Part shown: positions 12,175-23,879 of the stretch, piece after piece | Layout: every line of letters starts with the position of its first letter | Position numbering within the stretch: position 1 is the stretch's first letter | DNA from: Octopus vulgaris | Taxonomy: Eukaryota | NCBI GenBank assembly: GCA_951406725.2 | Contig: OX597834.1 | Coordinates: 37,696,001 to 37,760,000 of the forward strand | DNA: 64,000 nt | Reading direction: 5' to 3' | Program-made: the position numbers and the translations under genes | The notes under the pieces: generated by a model | Told to the model about the DNA's origin: nothing | The model's database searches: none | The model's input: the letters and a program-made list of their open reading frames with translations, nothing else

Positions 12175-13720
12175 CAATCCATCCATATCTTCCACCGAAT
12201 TTTCCTGGGCGGGTCGTGGGGCTGGAGTCTTCAGGTGCCTCTTTCATGGGGTCGTATCAGAAACGACCTTTATTACACTTTCCGGTTGGATTCTCAAGCG
12301 TAATCAACCTGGGACTATAGACATTATCCCTACCATCTTGTTCATGGTCTACCCTGAAGTCTCCTGCCGGTTGACTTGGCTTGAAGAATTTGTCTCGCGA
12401 TTCTTTTCTGCCACAAAACAAAACATAGAAAAAAAGAACAAAATAAAAAGCTAGAGGAACATCCTCCATGTGTGTTGACTCCATGAGTTTTACCGAGATT
12501 GGATCCCTTCAAAATGGATAGCATTATGTCCTGTTATAGCAACAATATCAGTTCTCATTGGAAAGTAAAACCATAGTGATATTTTAGGGATGGCCGCTGT
12601 GGGTATCTTCCACAGAAGCGTGACATAATTGACATTTTTGGTCGGATCTTGCAGATTGCGTGTTTGTTCAACAGGTAGTTTGTAGTTATCTCCTGTTTTA
12701 CGATTAAAAAACCATAACCTTTAAAATGTGATGTAAAGCAGCATTCACGAGTCCAAGATAAGATACATTTCCTGTCAATATCATCACCATCCTGAAGGTC
12801 ACGGGAAGAATTGATGCATACATGGAAGGAGGAATTCCTTTTTAGCTGATTATACCGGAGTAATGGAATAAAGAAAAGCTTTGCGCAAAGATATAATGTG
12901 CCGCCTAATTCGAGGATCGAAGCTACGAACAAATAATCGTTAACCCAGCACCCCAACCAAGAGGTCACATGCCTACACACACATACACGCACCGCTTCTT
13001 GGTAGACGACCCGAAAATATTTCCCAAACGCATGAATGGTATAAAAAGCAATATAGAGAATAGCAGTCTGTGATTACTCTTTCTTTGTCCACAACACCTT
13101 TCTAGGGTGTAATTTTGCCAATAACTTTACGTATTAGCATCATTGAGTGGAGCAAAGGGGGTAGAAAAACTATTGATGTAGAGATTTTTGATTTGGGAAA
13201 CAATTATTCCGCATTCAACTGTCAAATATAATAATTTCTTTTGGCCAAATTCCATCCTTGTGTCAGTTTAAAATGTTACCAAAGCCAGATGCTTCTCAGC
13301 ATTGAAAATATTTCTAATATAGATCTTTAAATCGTTCTAAAAGAAATTGTAGGTTACATTGACGTTTGGCGTATTATTCTACTGTGGGCCCTGACACACA
13401 TCCAGTGGAGTTTTGTAAAAGAAATGACAGTAGATTTAGTGGCAAAATAAATACAAGCACAGACAGATTGTCTTCCTGGAATATTCCCTTTGAAATATTT
13501 ATAACATTGCAGGTAATCATTCTGATTTGAGTTACAAGAGTAAAGGTTGTAGACCAAGAGTCTCTGAGTTTTTAGTGACAACAACTAAGGCAGCAAGTAT
13601 TCTTGTTAGATGCAGTAATTTCAGCAACCATGAACGAGGGAATAGAATCAAATACTTTTCTGTTACTAAGTCATATTGTCACACGTTTTCTGCGATCTTT
13701 TCTTATTTCACATAGTTTTA
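12175..13720 (-). mobile_element. Decayed RTE-clade LINE (RT region and 3' end)
   Basis: Minus frames read WEY..CLYLF, a LLFSILLFIPFM-like RT motif, and the C-terminal KRIARQILQAKSTGRRLQGRP..RW; ends in an atggatggat tail. Confidence 0.7.
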
Positions 13721-13779
13721 TCTAGCATTTGGGAGTCGCTCTGGTAGATAAAACTACAGTCTCAAATACGAATACATGT

Positions 13780-14060
13780 CCTCCGCCTCCCGCTAGACCA
13801 TTCTATCAAAGCTTTACTCTCATTCGACGTAGAAACTGCAAGATTGCAAGATGGGAGAGCCGCGTGGCACGCCCCGCACCCGATGACTGTACGTGATTAC
13901 GGAAGGTCTCCAGAGGATCGACGTCACCTTGGAGGATGCAGAAGGACTGGCACTGGACTTCCAGCAATGGCAAGCACTGGTAGACCTGGTTGGCTCAACA
14001 CATGCCGACGCCTCTGGGACCACTGACTTGGAATGACTCCAGACAAGTCAAGCAAGAGCA
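13780..14060 (+). mobile_element. RTE-like LINE 3' fragment
   Basis: RGTPHP..LQRIDVTLEDAEGLALDFQQWQALV, followed by a caagtcaagc tail. Confidence 0.6.
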
Positions 14061-14509
14061 TAAAGCCCAGAAGATGCCAAGTTTTGTATATCATAAGTTG
14101 TCTGTTAACACTCCATTCTCTAACCCTGTCTGTTCATAGCTACTATAAAGCTGTACACGCACTGATCTTAAGAGAATTAGTTGAGTCAGCGATTGGATTA
14201 TAGTTTCGGCCACGTTACTTGTTTTATTCTTGGCTACAAGATTTACCCAGGCTGTGGCAAGCTAATTTGTTAAGCTAACCATCGAATTCCAGCAACTGAT
14301 GGTTCGCCATCTTTTTTGATCCGGATAAATTACGAGGGAGAACTTGAAATTCTCATGACCGCTAGGATAGTTCAGTGTGGTTACGGATTGTGTTGTGCGT
14401 TCTGTGTGTTTACAGAAATCAGTTACACTGCATTCGTTGGTGAGGACACCAACATTTTGAAAGGACCTCTATTTATTTAGCTTAAAGTTACCTTAAACTT
14501 TGACTAATA

Positions 14510-14736
14510 CAGTAATTCCTTGCCATATCACGGTTCACTTATCACGGTTTATTATTTAAGCTTAAGTCGATTCCTCAGTGGTGTTGTTTCGCATTTATAA
14601 TAAAATAAATATATACAAATCATAAAATAATTTTTAAATATATATATATAATACAGTACTGTTTCTACTTGGCGGATTTTCACCTATCGCCATGGGGTTT
14701 TGAAACGTAACGCCCGCGATAGTCGAGGGATTACTG
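14510..14736. mobile_element. Tc1/mariner-pogo (Tigger-like) MITE
   Basis: TA-cagtaattcct...agggattactg-TA; reverse-orientation homolog of 57075 and 57405. Confidence 0.85.
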
Positions 14737-16599
14737 TATAGTTAAGAGAATCGGGAGCGCCAGCGGTAGACTCAAACGTAAACATCAATCCATATCGAAC
14801 CAAGAGAAAATAGAACTGTTCATGGTACTTTAGACGCATAGAGGATGCATAATTAGTAGATGTGAGGTTTGTTGATGGCGGTAAGAAACTCTCTAAAGAA
14901 AGCCGGACAGCAGAAGTTCTTCAGAGAAGAAACCCACTCAGGCGAGTGTTTCAGCCCTTAAATTCTTATATTCAAAGGGGGCCGAACCGCATTCAGATCA
15001 TAACTCCTGGATGCCCTTCTGCTGACATTTTTCTAGCCTCTTGGACATTGGAAACTTGTGTTGTTAAACCACTTGGAGCTTTCATCTAGTTGTAAACTCC
15101 TTTGCGTCGACTCAGCATTCAAACTTAAAGAAGAAATAACATTGGTCGCCATGATAGCGGTGGTAATGGTCCGGTAAAACGGTTAATCAGTCAAGTCTTT
15201 GGAACCAGCATCCAACCACTAGGTCACTTCATGGTACTTTCTCCATAATAGAAGTTGTTGTACTGTTGATGTTTGTATAATATCTTTCCTTCACTGGATC
15301 TAACCATGATGCATTCTAATTAAAATCTTTCCTTTCATTCTCGATCTTAGATCAAAAGGATTTCAGATCTCCCCAAGAAGCAGCTCGTATTTACAAAGAT
15401 GCTTTTCTTCATTTACATACACATCTTGCAGATATGAAAAAAAAAAATTGTGGTTAAAGCTGGTTCGCTGAAATTTCTTATGATAACGATGTTCTTCGCT
15501 CAGCGTCTTGAGTTCATCTCAAGAGTTTAATACGTAAAATCTGCGCAGATTTCACTCATTTTAAAATTTCCTGACGCCGTTTAAATCGCCGATAAATGTT
15601 ACGAATGTTTTCTTGCAGTTTTTGCCTTCTTTCGGTTTATTTATGTTGAACAATTTCATTACGACGTGCACAGCAGGTTTCTTCAAGGTGTCCTCCAAAG
15701 TGTTGGCACATATTTCACCGTAGTTTCCAGCAATATCATAAATAACTTTCAACATGAAAATCACAGGTCTTTTTCTCCCCCCGCCTCCTCTCGTCTTGTC
15801 AAAAATGGCCTGTTATGCAAGATCGTCTAACAGATATTGGAAAAAAAATTATTTTCAAACTGATTTTAAATTGTTTTTAAGTTGTGTATATTCTTAACTC
15901 ATCTCTGTCGGAATAGATTCACGCGGAGATATATTAGGAGTTCAGAGATGGTGACGACGATGATGGTGACGACGATGATGGTGACGACGAGGGGGTGGAC
16001 GTCGACGACGACGATGATAATAATGGCGGCATCAGTTTACATTTTTATCGCTCTCCTCTATTTCAGCAGCCTTTGGCTGATTTGGAAAGTCTCCAGAAAA
16101 TCGACTGCCATCACAGGAGTTGTAATAACAATTGCTATCTGCGACAAACATTTTCGAGCGAAGAACCATGCTTGTTGTCGAAAGTGTTTGGTTTGTGATT
16201 TAAGTGTGTAGAAGATTCGTCCCAGCGATTCATTAATCTCTTCGTGTATCCGATAGAAAAATTATTTTTACGGTCCATTTGAGAGCAACGGAGTAGATTT
16301 TGATTTAAATGGAAAACGCAAGTGAAGTGAGAAGAACACTTGCGCTGTGTTGGACACTTCACTGACGTCGGGGTAGGTTTAGCATTGGTATTAGTGGTTG
16401 CGGTGGTGGTGGTGTCATTGACAGACATGATTGTAATTGTAAAATCCTATTCGATGACAAATATTTTCTGGTATCCGTTCTGAATAACATTAAACAGTAA
16501 AGGGGAAAGATGTTTCTAGCTTTTATAACAGACAGAAAAAAAAAAAAAAAACAGTTTCAGTAGAGAGAAACATTCAAATAGCTTTTAACTTGGTTTTTC

Positions 16600-17095
16600 A
16601 CGTTTGCTCGATTCATTATTTCCCAACCACATGGTCTCGGGTTCAGTCCCACTGAGATGCACATCGGGCAAGTATCTTCTATAGCCGCGGGTCAACCAAA
16701 GCCTGTATGTATGTATGCTTATGGTTTATTGTTAAATATATATGTCGGGGACAAACACACATACGTGCATGCATGTGTGCATGATGGGCTTCTTTCAGTT
16801 TCCGTTTACCAAATCCAGTCACAAAGCTTTGGTTGGTCCGAGGCTAAAAAAGACAGTTGCCCAAGGTGCCACGAAGTGGGACTGAACCCGGAACCATGTG
16901 GATGGGAAGCAAGGTTCTTATCACACAGCTAAGCCTATCCGTCGTGCTTTGCTTTGCTACAGTTTCTGTTTTTAATATTCCTCCCGTGTTCATGGTCAAT
17001 CCGAAGCTACAATTCTTCAATTTGCTGCACGTAGTGGGATTGAACCCGGAACCATGTGGTTGGAAAGCAAGCTTCTTACTACACAGCCACGCCAA
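16600..17095. mobile_element. SINE family B fragments in both orientations
   Basis: Plus-strand head at about 16620; minus-strand copies at 16780-16930 and 17025-17095. Confidence 0.75.
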
Positions 17096-17472
17096 TTTCA
17101 AAACATTTCCTTATATTTGCCATTCTTACTAATGACATTGGATGTAATTTTAGCAACAACGTCATTCCGTGAAGGAAGATAAACCCTTGGTATTTCGAGC
17201 CATTTACCGATCGCATGCGTAATAGCTTCCGCAGCAATGTCACATAATTGGCATTCTCTGACTGTAGCTTCGCTATTTAAAGGCTTCTCTGTCTTCTTTA
17301 TACAACAAGTATTTCGTAGATATCTTCTGCTCTTCGATACAAAGAATAACCTTAAAAGTGTGACGTGATGTGACGGTTAAACAGTCAGTTGTAAATGTGC
17401 ATGTGCGCGAGTATACGCACTCATACAAACATACATACATACATATAAGTATGTATGCTTTTCTTTGTGATG

Positions 17473-17790
17473 ACGCATGGCTCAGAGGTTACTATCACAA
17501 AATAGTGAGTTCGATTCCCAGACTGGGCTTTGTGTTGTGTTCTTGAGCAAGACACTTTATTTCACGTTGCTCCAGTTCCCTGAGCTGTAGAAATGAGTGG
17601 CGACGTCACTGGTGCCAAGCTGTATCGGCCCCTTTGCCTTTTTCCTTGGATAACATCAGTGGTGTGAAGGAAGGCTGGATATGATGGTCTGCTGCTAGTC
17701 TTCCATAAACAACACTGCCCGGACTTGTGCCACGGAGGGGAACTTTCTCGGTGCAATCCCATGGTCATTCATGACCGAAGGGGTTCTGTG
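17473..17790 (+). mobile_element. SINE family C (V-domain-like)
   Basis: gcatggctcagaggtt...gagttcgattccca...gttcttgagcaagacactttatttcacg. Confidence 0.8.
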
Positions 17791-17899
17791 TACACACACA
17801 CATATATCAGGTATAGTGCACTTTCAAACATGTTACACTGAAGACACGACTTAAATTGAGCCTAAGATTTTTTATTAATCCTTTCTATATTTCTTTGTG

Positions 17900-18160
17900 G
17901 AGGCACATGGCCTAGTGGTTAGAGTAGCGGACTCACGGTCGAGGGATCGTGGGTTCGAATCTCAGACCGGGCGATGTGTGTGTTTATGAGCGAAGCACCT
18001 AAGCTCCACGCGGCTCCGGCAGAAGGTAATGGCGAACTTCTGACTCTTCTCCAGCATCTTGCAGCTCACCTGCGACGGACCGGCGTCCCGTCCAGGTAGG
18101 GAGCCTATACGCCAAGGAAACCGGCCCTTATGAGCCAGGCATGGCTCGAGAAGGAACAAT
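17900..18160 (+). mobile_element. tRNA-derived SINE family D
   Basis: A box tggcctagtggtt and B box ggttcgaatct, followed by a non-tRNA body; no acceptor stem. Confidence 0.7.
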
Positions 18161-18339
18161 CAAACTATATTTCTTTACATGGCCTTTATACTTAATTTGG
18201 AATAACATCGGTGACATGGGGAAGGGAGGCTGGTATGCATGGGTGACTGCTGGTCTTCTATAACCTTGTCCGGACTTGTTCCACGGAGGGAAACTTTCTA
18301 GATGCAATCCCATGGGTACTTTTGTCCGTATGTCAGAAG

Positions 18340-19290
18340 GAGGCTATGTGACTGGCATTGCTATTTTAAAATTCTCCTTCACATAATCCAATATAGGTCT
18401 TCTTATCAGTTGTATTATTATTTAGGGTTGCAGTAACTTCTGCCTCATATATGATGGATTTAATCTTACATTGTTGGTCAAGTGGACAAGATCCTGGGTC
18501 GCAACAGTCGCAGCTGGATCCAGGTTCTTGGTGTTGACCACGTGTAATGATACTCTTCATATTGGGGCAGCAGTTATATGCTAATTTCACAGGACACCTA
18601 TTGAAAAGTTTTACCTGTATCTGTGAGGGACTGGAAAGTGTTTGTCTACGAGTGACAGGAATCTTTTGCCAATGTTAGGGAGGTGCGAACCAAATAATTT
18701 ACCTTGGCCTATTTTTTGGTTTCTTATTATCCTGATCAATATTGAAGTGGTTAGGTGCTTCTTTATCTTTGATGCCACCAGATCTAGCATTAATATTTTA
18801 ATTAATAGAAGGATTATATATTAATTTATCTTTGAAGCCACTATTGGTTAGGGCCTTGTTATAATAAGAGGCAGCTTTGTCGAAAATGTCTTTAGAAGAA
18901 GAGAGATTAGACAGTCTGTTGCTGATATTAGCTATCAAATATTTAAATACTACAGGAAGGTGACATGACTGTTTATGTATATATATGCGAGTTTCTCATT
19001 AGGCTTATGGAAAGGTTTACCCGGGGAGGAGATTAAATCTAGGGACACATCTAAATAATCAACTAAACAGAGATTAGTAGTTACTGTAATTTTAAATTCT
19101 AATTGATTAAACGTTGAAATTAGTTCCTTCTTAAATCTATCAAAGGTGTAGCCATCACACACATGGGAAATTCCTATAGGCCAAAGACATGATCTAGGTA
19201 TCTGTATCTCAGTGTGTCTAAGATAAATAAACCCACAAGATCACAGAGATCAGCACCATCGTATGACTTCATAGATACATCAAGTAGATC
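18340..19290 (-). mobile_element. Penelope-like retroelement relic (RT, Cys-rich linker and GIY-YIG start)
   Basis: DVSMKSYDGADLCDLVGLFIL; VDYLDVSLDL..PFHKPNEKLAYI; LAYNCCPNMKSII; CDCCDPGSCPLDQQC; IIYEAEV..TYIGLCEGEF. The catalytic YxDD segment appears to be deleted. Confidence 0.9.
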
Positions 19291-19294
19291 AACA

Positions 19295-19750
19295 CTATGC
19301 GACAGAAACGTTTTGAAATATGAAATTCATCACAAAATAATATTTTTTAAATGCGGAAATTTTATCCATGAAAGTAAGTACCATTATAATCGATACATTT
19401 TTGCTAAAGAGTTACAAGTTTGTTTATTCCGGTAACATAAAAAAAATCTGGAGTTCTGGGGCTGAGGAACTCCTTGAACGCACTTCAAGAATAAGTTTGA
19501 TTTTTGAACTCCTTCTCTCGCAGGAAATCCTCAAGGTGCTTGAAAAAGTGGTAGTCGGTAGGAGAAAGGTCTGGGGAATAAGCTGGGTGGGGAAGAACTT
19601 CGTTGCTAAGCTCCCTCAACTTCTGGCACGTCATTAGGGAAACGTGTGGTCGTGCATTGTCATAAAGGATGATTGGTCTTCTTCTGTTGACCAGTGTGGG
19701 ACAGAGGAGTAGAAGTTTGTTGTTTATTTTGGCAATTTCATAGCAATATG
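19295..19750 (-). pseudogene. mariner (DD34D) transposase C-terminal relic
   Basis: IILYDNARPHVS..EVLPHPAYSPDLSPTDYHFFKHL..GINKLV..KCIDYNGTYF. Confidence 0.93.
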
Positions 19751-20014
19751 TAAAGTATACTAGCCATCTCAATATGGCTAACCACTAAGGGTGGGTGTTA
19801 CTGTAGCTTTTAGCCCCAGGAGATCATCGTCTCCTGCTGGCTTTAGGCACACTTTTTGTGCCCTTATGGTATTTGCAAAGATTTATTATTGATAGCAATA
19901 TGTTTCTGCAGAAATGGTTTTTCCGGGTTTTAAGAAGTTATAGTGGACGAGTCCAGCAGTACACCACCAAAGAATCCTCATCACCTCCATTTTGAAGAGC
20001 TCGGGTTTAGGGAA

Positions 20015-20132
20015 GGCTTTGGTGGGTCCGAGGCTCGAGTAGAAGACACCTGCCCAAGGTGTCACGCAGCGGGATTGAACTCGGACCCATGCGGTTGGGA
20101 AGCAAGTTTCTTACTACGCAGCCACTCTTACG

Positions 20133-20135
<3 letters not shown>
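20015..20135 (-). mobile_element. SINE family B fragment
   Basis: Reverse complement of the family B head and core. Confidence 0.85.
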
Positions 20136-20182
<47 letters not shown>

Positions 20183-20267
20183 ATGCAAACAACAGAAAAA
20201 ACACAACGCGAGGACGTGGAACAAATATAGTATTATTGGACGCTCAGGAAAGAAGGGAAGAAGGAGG

Positions 20268-20302
20268 GTTTAACGTTTCGAGCGCAGCTCTTCGTCAGAA
20301 AC
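20268..20302 (-). ncRNA. Minimal type-I hammerhead ribozyme motif with intact core, inside a 170-bp repeat flanked by (TA)n
   Basis: RNA sense: GUUU CUGACGA A GAGC-UGC-GCUC GAAA CG UU AAAC. Stem I GUUU/AAAC, stem II GAGC/GCUC, palindromic ACGU stem III, GUU triplet. Confidence 0.7.
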
Positions 20303-20359
20303 ATAGGAGAAGGAAAGATCCAGAGAAGGGAAGACAGAGGAAAAAAAATACATATTTTT

Positions 20360-20412
<53 letters not shown>

Positions 20413-20487
20413 TATACGTATATATACACATACACATATACGCATAAATGTCTGTCTTACTCTACATATATGTGTACGGTTTACATA

Positions 20488-20530
<43 letters not shown>

Positions 20531-21279
20531 TGGACGCTTATATATTTGCATGCATACTAAGTTTGTGGCGGTGGGGACGGGCGCTAAGCGATGTTGTCAA
20601 CAAATACATCGAACTATTTTTTTTTTATTAGTTTTCTTTCTTTTTTTTTTCCAATAAATTTCTGAAAATTTTAATGTAGCTTCTCAACTTTTAATGGTTT
20701 TTTTTTTCACATTGGCTTTGTAAATCTGCATACAACGGAATGTTAAAAGATAATGAAAATACATTTTTATTAAACACATAGTCGCAATGTAAACATATTT
20801 TCTTAATGTAAAACTAACATGAAATTTTAAAATTACAACACTGACTTACCATAAAAACATAAGTGAGAACCAAATAAAAACAGCGCTGTTTTTTTTTTTT
20901 TTTGTCTTGTATTCTCTTCTATTGTCTGTCTGTCACGTGACATGGCGTTCTATTTATTCCAGTTTGTCGTGTGTTGCAGCGTAACTAACGCTCAATACAC
21001 CGCCGCCATTTTCTCTCGTCAATCACATCTCGCGCACCTCCTTCCTCTCGCATCTCCTTCCTCTCTTCTGCTTTCACTCCTTTCTTTGATTAATTAAATC
21101 ACCTCCCTGACTCAAACTTCAACCATTAGATTCCTTTACACCTCTTTGCTGTTATATATTTATCTTGGTTTCAGGATACAGCATGTGCACAGCCAACAAC
21201 GCAATACCAACGAGCTCTCATCTGATTTTATATATTACGATACAGGCCGACACGCACGCACATAACGTTATGCATATAG

Positions 21280-21582
21280 GAATATGTACACGCACACACA
21301 CATATACATACACACACACATACATATACACATACATACACACATACATACACACACATACATACACACATACATACACACACATACATACACACACACA
21401 CATACACACACACACACATACATACATACACACACACATACGTACATACATACACACACACATACATACATACATGCATACATACGTACATACATACATA
21501 CACACACACATACGTACGTACATATATACATACATACATACATACATACATACACACACATACGTACGTACATACATACATA
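21280..21582. repeat. (CA)/(CATA) microsatellite
   Basis: Direct inspection. Confidence 0.95.
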
Positions 21583-21589
21583 CAGGGTA

Positions 21590-21845
21590 AATACCTCCTT
21601 CGGTCATGAATGACCATGGGATTGCACCTAGAAAGATCCCCTCCGAGACACAATCCGGGCAAGGTCCTTTTATGGAAGACCAACAATCAGCCATGCATAC
21701 CAGCCTCCACTCTTCACGCTATCAATTTTATCCAAGGGAGCAACGTGAAATAAAGTGTATTGCTCATGAACACAAGACACAATCGAACTCACTACCTCAT
21801 GATTGTGAGCCCGACGCTCTAACCACCGAGTTACATGCCTTCACA
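21590..21845 (-). mobile_element. SINE family C, internally deleted
   Basis: Matches 7031-7375 (ccatgggattgcacctagaaag; caacgtgaaataaagtg). Confidence 0.75.
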
Positions 21846-21987
21846 TATACATGAATGGCTATACATATATACATACATATACACATATATATAAATATAT
21901 ACATATATAAATGCACACATGCATATATACGTACACATTCAAACATGCATATAAACATACATGCATAGACAGACATATGCATTCATG

Positions 21988-22019
<32 letters not shown>

Positions 22020-22479
22020 AGTGTTTATGTATACACACACACACATGCATGAATGCATACATAAACACATACGCATATATACATATATATACATATATAT
22101 ACATGCACGCATATATATGTATGTGCACACACACACACATGCATATATGTATACATATAGCATTGGAACAAGTTTAATGTCAGCTTAATCAGTTACTAAA
22201 ACTCCAGTAAATTAACATTTTAATACAATTCACTATACAGCAATAATTGTTCTAATTACCAATTATATATGAAGATCACGTAATGAGTAGTTGATGAGTT
22301 GTGAATAAAATTATCGTTTCCTTAAAATTTTGGATCGAAATAATCGGCAGACGTGGTTGGAAACTTTCATTTGCTGCCGTGTCTTCTTTACTCATCGGTA
22401 GGATATTTTGATTTTTAATCTAGCAGGAATTCTTAAGATATTATTCATAGCAATATTTCGTGGGTCTAGAGAGAATCTA

Positions 22480-23010
22480 GGTATTACGCACGTATTTCCT
22501 TATGACATGCCCTTTTCAGTAGGACATATCTCTATTCATGAAACCTATTTCTTCCAGTATGTCATATCTGTTCATATCAATGTGATGCGCCTCATTTCTT
22601 ATGACGTATTTCTATTAATTTAATGCGTCTCATTCCTTATGACGTATCTTTATCGATATTGACGCATCTCATTCCCTACGACGTGTCTATCAATATAATG
22701 TGCCTCATTACCTACAACGCTTCTCTAAAAATATGACGTCACATTCACTACGATGCATCCCTTTCAGTATTTTGTGCCTCATTCCCTGAGACACATCTTT
22801 ATCAATATAATACATCTCATTCTTTATGACATATCTCTACCAATATGGTATGTCCTATACACTATGACGTACCTCTATCAATATGATCTGTCTCATTCAC
22901 TATGACGGATCTATATCTCCATGAAAAGGATATATTAATGACATACCCTTCATAATGCAACGTATTTATGCAAATATGGCATATTTCCCTTAAATGTGAC
23001 ACGTCATTAT
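22480..23010. repeat. Degenerate minisatellite with a unit of about 36-39 bp
   Basis: Recurring ctcattccytatgacgtatctctatcaatatgatg. Confidence 0.8.
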
Positions 23011-23499
23011 TAGCATGACATTTCTTTATCAGTGTCATATCCACTCCCAGGTGACATGTCTTTCCAGTTTTTGCTTCAGACATTGGAATGTACTCGTGCT
23101 TGGTGGTGGTGGTGGTGGTGAGGCGGGGGCGAGACGTCTTGAAGGATTTAATTGAACGAACAAATCGACTCAAGTACTTATTTTTCAAAGTATTCTGCTT
23201 ATACTGTCGTCCCTTTTGCCGAATCATTATGTTACAGAGACGTAAACGAACTAACACCTATTAGATATCTCTTCTAGTTATTTTCTATGTAAAGGGAGAA
23301 TGGGTTTCCGTAATTTTCTAGTACCTTACGATAAAAAGTGATTTTTAGGTAACTCATAATTAAGTTAGCAAAGTAGGGGGCCATTCTCGTACCCATCACA
23401 ATCCCCGAAACCTGCCTCTATAAGTTGTCATTGAATACGAAAAAGAATACGTTGTGCTAACGATTCTATTCGTTTGTCGTCTGGCAGAATAAGGATTTT

Positions 23500-23875
23500 A
23501 AGTTTTAGCACAAGGCCAGCAATTTCTGGGTAGAGGGTAAGTCGATTACATTGATCCCAGAACTCAAGAAGTACTTATTTAATCGACCCCGAAAGGATGA
23601 AAGGCAAAGTTGACCTCGGCGGAATTTGAACTCAGAACGTAAAGACGGACGAAATACCGCTAAGCATTTTGCCCGGCGTGCTAACGAGTCTGCAGCTCGC
23701 CGCCTTTAATAATAATAATGATAATAATAATAATAATAATAATAATGGTTTCAAATTTTGCCACAGGGGCAGCAATTTTGGTGGGGGGTATGAGTGAATT
23801 ACATCGATCCCAGCGTTCCACTGGTACTTATTTCATCGCCCCCGCCCCCGAAAGGATGAAAGACACAGTCGACAA
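23500..23875 (-). mobile_element. SINE family A, one copy plus a fragment
   Basis: cgaccccgaaaggatgaaaggcaaagttgacctcggcggaatttgaactcagaacg...gctcgccgcc. Confidence 0.88.
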
Positions 23876-23879
23876 TAAT

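Noticed and set aside
12257-12450. Apparent minus-strand exon after a polypyrimidine tract and CAG
   Set aside because: The sequence reads as the RTE C-terminus (ILQAKSTGRRLQGRP) with stops.
17900-17975. Second tRNA gene
   Set aside because: A and B boxes are present, but there is no acceptor stem and the sequence runs into a SINE body.
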